64,000 bases of DNA, taken from Candidatus Sulfomarinibacteraceae bacterium (GTDB taxonomy: Bacteria; Acidobacteriota; Thermoanaerobaculia; Thermoanaerobaculales; Sulfomarinibacteraceae). The notes beneath the pieces were generated by a model. That model saw nothing but the letters and a program-made list of their open reading frames with translations. It made no database searches and was not told the DNA's origin. Shown here piece by piece: positions 60,641 to 64,000 of this stretch (position 1 is its first letter; each line of letters starts with the position of its first letter). The position numbers and the translations under genes are program-made. The stretch spans positions 352,001 through 416,000 of the forward strand of contig CAWCLO010000004.1 of NCBI GenBank assembly GCA_963796455.1, written 5' to 3'.

Positions 60641-61552
60641 ATGAAAAACCTGATGTTGGGTGCGGTTTTGAGTGCGCTGATGGTGCTGTTGATTCATCCG
60701 ATCGCCGCGGTGGCCGAAGAAGATGGTCTCAAGCTCTATATTTCTGTCGACATGGAAGGGGTTGTGGGGGTTGTGACCGCCGATCAGCTGGGCCCCGATG
60801 GCTTTGAATACCAGAGCGCCCGCGAATGGATGACCGGGGAACTGCTGGCTGCGATCCAGGCGGCGCGCGAAGCCGGAGTGACCGAGATCCTGGTCAGCGA
60901 TTCACACGGCAACGGCGAAAACCTTCTCATCGACCGGTTGCCCGACGATGTTCTCGTGGTTCGATCCTGGCCCCGCCCGTTGGGAATGATGCAGGGGATC
61001 GATTCGACATTTGATGCGGTGATTTTTCTCGGCTATCACACTGGCACTTCCAACCCAGATGGAGTCAGGGCTCACACCTTTTCAAGCGCCCGTTTGGCTG
61101 ATGTTCGACTCAACGGAACCTCGATGCCCGAGGCGGGTGTGAACGCGGCCATCGCCGGCAAATTCGGAGTGCCGGTGATCATGGTGTCGGGCGACGACGC
61201 GGTCGTGGAACAGGTACGCCAGATTGTCGGCGATGTCGAGGGCGCGGTGGTCAAATGGAACTACAGCTTTCATTCGGCCAAGACGATGACCCCCTCCGCG
61301 TCCTATCGATTGATCGGTGAAACAGTCAAGAAAGCCCTGGCTCGGCTCGACGATTTCAAACCCTTCGTCCTTCCGGGTCCGGTCACCCTGGATGTTCGGT
61401 TCAAAAACTACCGGCCGTCGCAGATCCTGGCCTACCTGCCGATCGTCGAGCGGACCGACTCGCACTCGATTCGCTTCGTGGGCGAGGACATGGTCGAGAT
61501 CTCGCACTTTCTCCAGTTCATGAACGGATACAACTCCGGGCTCGAGCCTTGA
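60641..61552 (+). CDS. M55 family D-aminopeptidase (DppA-like) with signal peptide
   Basis: YISVDMEG, VSDSHG, GYH, AHT, VSGDD; GAGGAG RBS. Confidence 0.92.
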   Translation: MKNLMLGAVLSALMVLLIHPIAAVAEEDGLKLYISVDMEGVVGVVTADQLGPDGFEYQSAREWMTGELLAAIQAAREAGVTEILVSDSHGNGENLLIDRLPDDVLVVRSWPRPLGMMQGIDSTFDAVIFLGYHTGTSNPDGVRAHTFSSARLADVRLNGTSMPEAGVNAAIAGKFGVPVIMVSGDDAVVEQVRQIVGDVEGAVVKWNYSFHSAKTMTPSASYRLIGETVKKALARLDDFKPFVLPGPVTLDVRFKNYRPSQILAYLPIVERTDSHSIRFVGEDMVEISHFLQFMNGYNSGLEP

Positions 61553-61600
61553 CAAAGAGGCCCGGCCATCGCGATTGACCCTGATGGCCGAGGAGCGGAA

Positions 61601-62161
61601 TCAATAGATCAGCGAGAAGGTGTGGTTGATCCACTCATCGAGGCCGTTCGAACCATCCCACTCGGCTCGGCCCCGGCGTCGTCGGACATCCGCCATCTCG
61701 CGTGATCGATCAATGGCGTTGACGATCCGGCCGTCAACGAGGATCAATTCGGTGACGTTGCGGAATTTGTGGGCGGGTTGGAAACCCATGTGAACGTAGA
61801 GCTCCACGATGAATTCGTGGCCGAGCATGAGGCCGCCGGAATAGGTCATGGGTTCGTGGATATCGGTGTAGCAACAGCCGAGATTGCCATCGAGTCTGGG
61901 TGCGACTCCAAAGAGATTGGGTGGGGGATCGGGCTCTCCGCCATTCAGACGATCCCGGTCAAAACCCATCTCGAGGTGGTCGAGATAGAGATGCGAATCA
62001 CTGACCAGATAGGAACAGGTGTAGCCGCGGTGGCAGGCGGTGTTGACCGACATGGGGTCGAGACCGTGTTCGTAGGGGTCGAAGAGACCCACACCCTTGA
62101 CTCCACAAAGATCGAATATCGTGTCTTTGTAGGTCACTCTGTCTGGTATCTGTGCGGTCAT
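61601..62161 (-). CDS. Hypothetical protein
   Basis: MTAQIPD...TACHRGY; GGAGG RBS. Confidence 0.75.
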   Translation of the reverse strand: MTAQIPDRVTYKDTIFDLCGVKGVGLFDPYEHGLDPMSVNTACHRGYTCSYLVSDSHLYLDHLEMGFDRDRLNGGEPDPPPNLFGVAPRLDGNLGCCYTDIHEPMTYSGGLMLGHEFIVELYVHMGFQPAHKFRNVTELILVDGRIVNAIDRSREMADVRRRRGRAEWDGSNGLDEWINHTFSLIY

Positions 62162-62268
62162 GCGCGAGCCTCCATGCGGCCGCGGCGAGCACGATCTGTT
62201 GCTCCTTGCCGGCCCTGCTGGAAATATTCAACGCAAGAGCGGTGCCAGGATCGGGGGAAGGGTTCTTC

Positions 62269-62284
62269 TGTGACATGTCTCACT
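62269..62284. promoter_or_regulatory. CRP/FNR-family-like box
   Basis: TGTGA-CATGTC-TCACT, 9/10 match to TGTGA-N6-TCACA, between divergent genes. Confidence 0.4.
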
Positions 62285-62411
62285 TTGTGACAGTGGGGGA
62301 GGGGCCGATAGGTTTGACTGGAGAATCCTCTGTATTCCTCGCTCGTTCGAACAAAACGATCACAATTCCGTTGCATGAGTCGAAGCGATTGATTCACCGG
62401 TTGGAGGATTC

Positions 62412-63569
62412 ATGAATGTCGCGATGATCGTGTTGATGGCGGCCACGGCCGCGGCTCCTGTTGCCGATATTCCTTTTGATGACGATTTCGGGTTGGTGCT
62501 CTTCGAGGTCTCGATCGAAGGGGGCGAGCCTCTTTCCTTTCTGCTCGATACCGGCTTCGACGTGTCGATTCTTGATGCTGGTGTGGCCAAACGCCTCGGT
62601 CTGACGGTTCTGGATGTACGAGACGAAGCACAGCCGGGGGGCAGCGTCGAGATGGGCAGCCTGGCTGCGGTGGATCTGACGATTGGAACACTGACCGTTG
62701 GCGGCGTCGGTCTGACAACCATCCCGATAGCCGAGGCGGGGGCATTCATCGGGCGCGATTTCCACGGCATCCTGGGGCACGATGTGCTCGAGCGCTACGT
62801 GGTGGATATCGACTATCCGAATCGACGCCTCCGGTTCTACGACTCCGAGGCCTGGAAACACGGCGGCGCCGGGCAGATCCTGCCGGTGCATATCGAAAAC
62901 GGCGAGGTCTTTGTCAACGCGGGCATCGTGATGCCTCGAGGCAGAACGGTCTTCGGGCCGTTCAAGGTTGATACCGGGAGCGTTGACGTCGCGGGGCTCA
63001 ATCTGAACTTCGTCCAGGATTCGGCCCTCATCGGAACGGATACCGAAGAGATGAATGTCGGTGGCGTCGCGGTTGGTGGAAGCACCGAAGGTCGAATGTT
63101 CCGGGCCGAAGCCTTCGTCATCGGAGCCCATCGTATCGAGCGACCCATCATCGGTTATACCGTCGATTCAGGCGGCTTCGAAAACCGTACCAATGCCGGC
63201 ACTCTTGGTGCCGCTGTTCTCGCCCGCTATCGTGTGATCCTCGACTACGCGAGAGAGCGAATCGTCCTCGAGGATGGTCCGCGCGTCGGAAAACGGGTGT
63301 CGGAAAACCTGGCAGGAATGTTGGTCGTCTCACCGTCCCCTGCATTCGACACTCTGGTGATTGCCCAAGTCGTTCCTGAGGGCCCGGCCGACAATGCGGG
63401 GCTCCTGCCGGGTGACCTGATTGTCTCGGCGGGTGGACGGAGCGACTGGGATCTTCGCGACATTCGGCTCGCCTTCGAGAAGCCGGGGCCGATGCAGATC
63501 GTCGTCCAACGTGAAGACGAACAACTGGAGCTCAATCTGGAGCGTCGGCCCGTTCTGCTTCTGAACTGA
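62412..63569 (+). CDS. Aspartyl protease family protein (two retropepsin-like domains) plus PDZ
   Basis: FLLDTG, GILG, KVDTGS, GTLG; PDZ GPADNAGLLPGDLI; GGAGG RBS. Confidence 0.88.
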   Translation: MNVAMIVLMAATAAAPVADIPFDDDFGLVLFEVSIEGGEPLSFLLDTGFDVSILDAGVAKRLGLTVLDVRDEAQPGGSVEMGSLAAVDLTIGTLTVGGVGLTTIPIAEAGAFIGRDFHGILGHDVLERYVVDIDYPNRRLRFYDSEAWKHGGAGQILPVHIENGEVFVNAGIVMPRGRTVFGPFKVDTGSVDVAGLNLNFVQDSALIGTDTEEMNVGGVAVGGSTEGRMFRAEAFVIGAHRIERPIIGYTVDSGGFENRTNAGTLGAAVLARYRVILDYARERIVLEDGPRVGKRVSENLAGMLVVSPSPAFDTLVIAQVVPEGPADNAGLLPGDLIVSAGGRSDWDLRDIRLAFEKPGPMQIVVQREDEQLELNLERRPVLLLN

Positions 63570-63999
63570 AGAGCCAGACCAGACCCTGGCGAAAAGCGGC
63601 GGTCGCGGCCGAAAAGTGGGTGTGCCCATCGAGAGTCCGCATCTCCAGCTCCCACGGCGGAGACGGAACTTCAGACCAGTGCTGCATCCAGGCCACTGCC
63701 GGCTCGCGGAAACGGGGATCGTCATCGGAGCCGCTCGAGACAAAGACCTTTGATTCGCTCCGTTGGGACGTGGCCGGAGCCTTGAGAAAAAAGTCCAGGT
63801 TGCGGTGGAGCGCCGGGTTGCTGGCAATGTGGCCCCAGAAGAGATCAGTGTCAGTCTGCGCCGTGTAAAGGACGAACTGTCCGCCGAGGGATTGACCAAA
63901 AATGACCCGGCGGGACGGATCCGACGGGTAGGTCTTTTCGATCAACGGCAGCAATTCGGTTCGCAGCATCTTCTGATAATCAACGGCGCCGCCCCAATG
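63532..63999 (-). CDS. Alpha/beta hydrolase (putative esterase), 5'-truncated by window edge
   Basis: ELLPLIEKTY, GQSLGG nucleophile elbow, GHTH; frame open to the window edge. Confidence 0.85.
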   Translation of the reverse strand, partial: HWGGAVDYQKMLRTELLPLIEKTYPSDPSRRVIFGQSLGGQFVLYTAQTDTDLFWGHIASNPALHRNLDFFLKAPATSQRSESKVFVSSGSDDDPRFREPAVAWMQHWSEVPSPPWELEMRTLDGHTHFSAATAAFRQGLVWLFSSEAERADAPD

Positions 64000-64000
64000 T

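Overview
GC-rich bacterial chromosomal window with about 46 genes, no rRNA/tRNA, no CRISPR array and no intact transposase that I can recognise. The gene types (Acidobacteria-style VWA proteins, sulfatase-like/TPR fusions, a carboxypeptidase-domain TonB receptor, a C-terminal FxDGFESG tail) suggest Acidobacteriota, probably Thermoanaerobaculia; this is inference. Content: the 3' part of sdaA, rsgA, prs, a polyamine cluster (speA-speB convergent with a deoxyhypusine-synthase-like gene), many exported peptidases and hydrolases, three sulfatase-fold/TPR proteins with Thr in place of the Cys/Ser nucleophile, and two TonB-dependent receptors, one split by two +1 insertions. Both receptors sit behind candidate sigma-54 promoters. 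There are also two exported kinase-like proteins, a translationally coupled DUF2231-like / acyl-CoA dehydrogenase / Zn-ribbon-DUF2231-like operon, glpT, and several gene remnants. The most striking non-coding signal is a modular 300-360 bp structured repeat in three copies, plus one related REP cluster, built around an inverted GTGG-type REP doublet. All family assignments come from motif recognition by eye; no searches were run.
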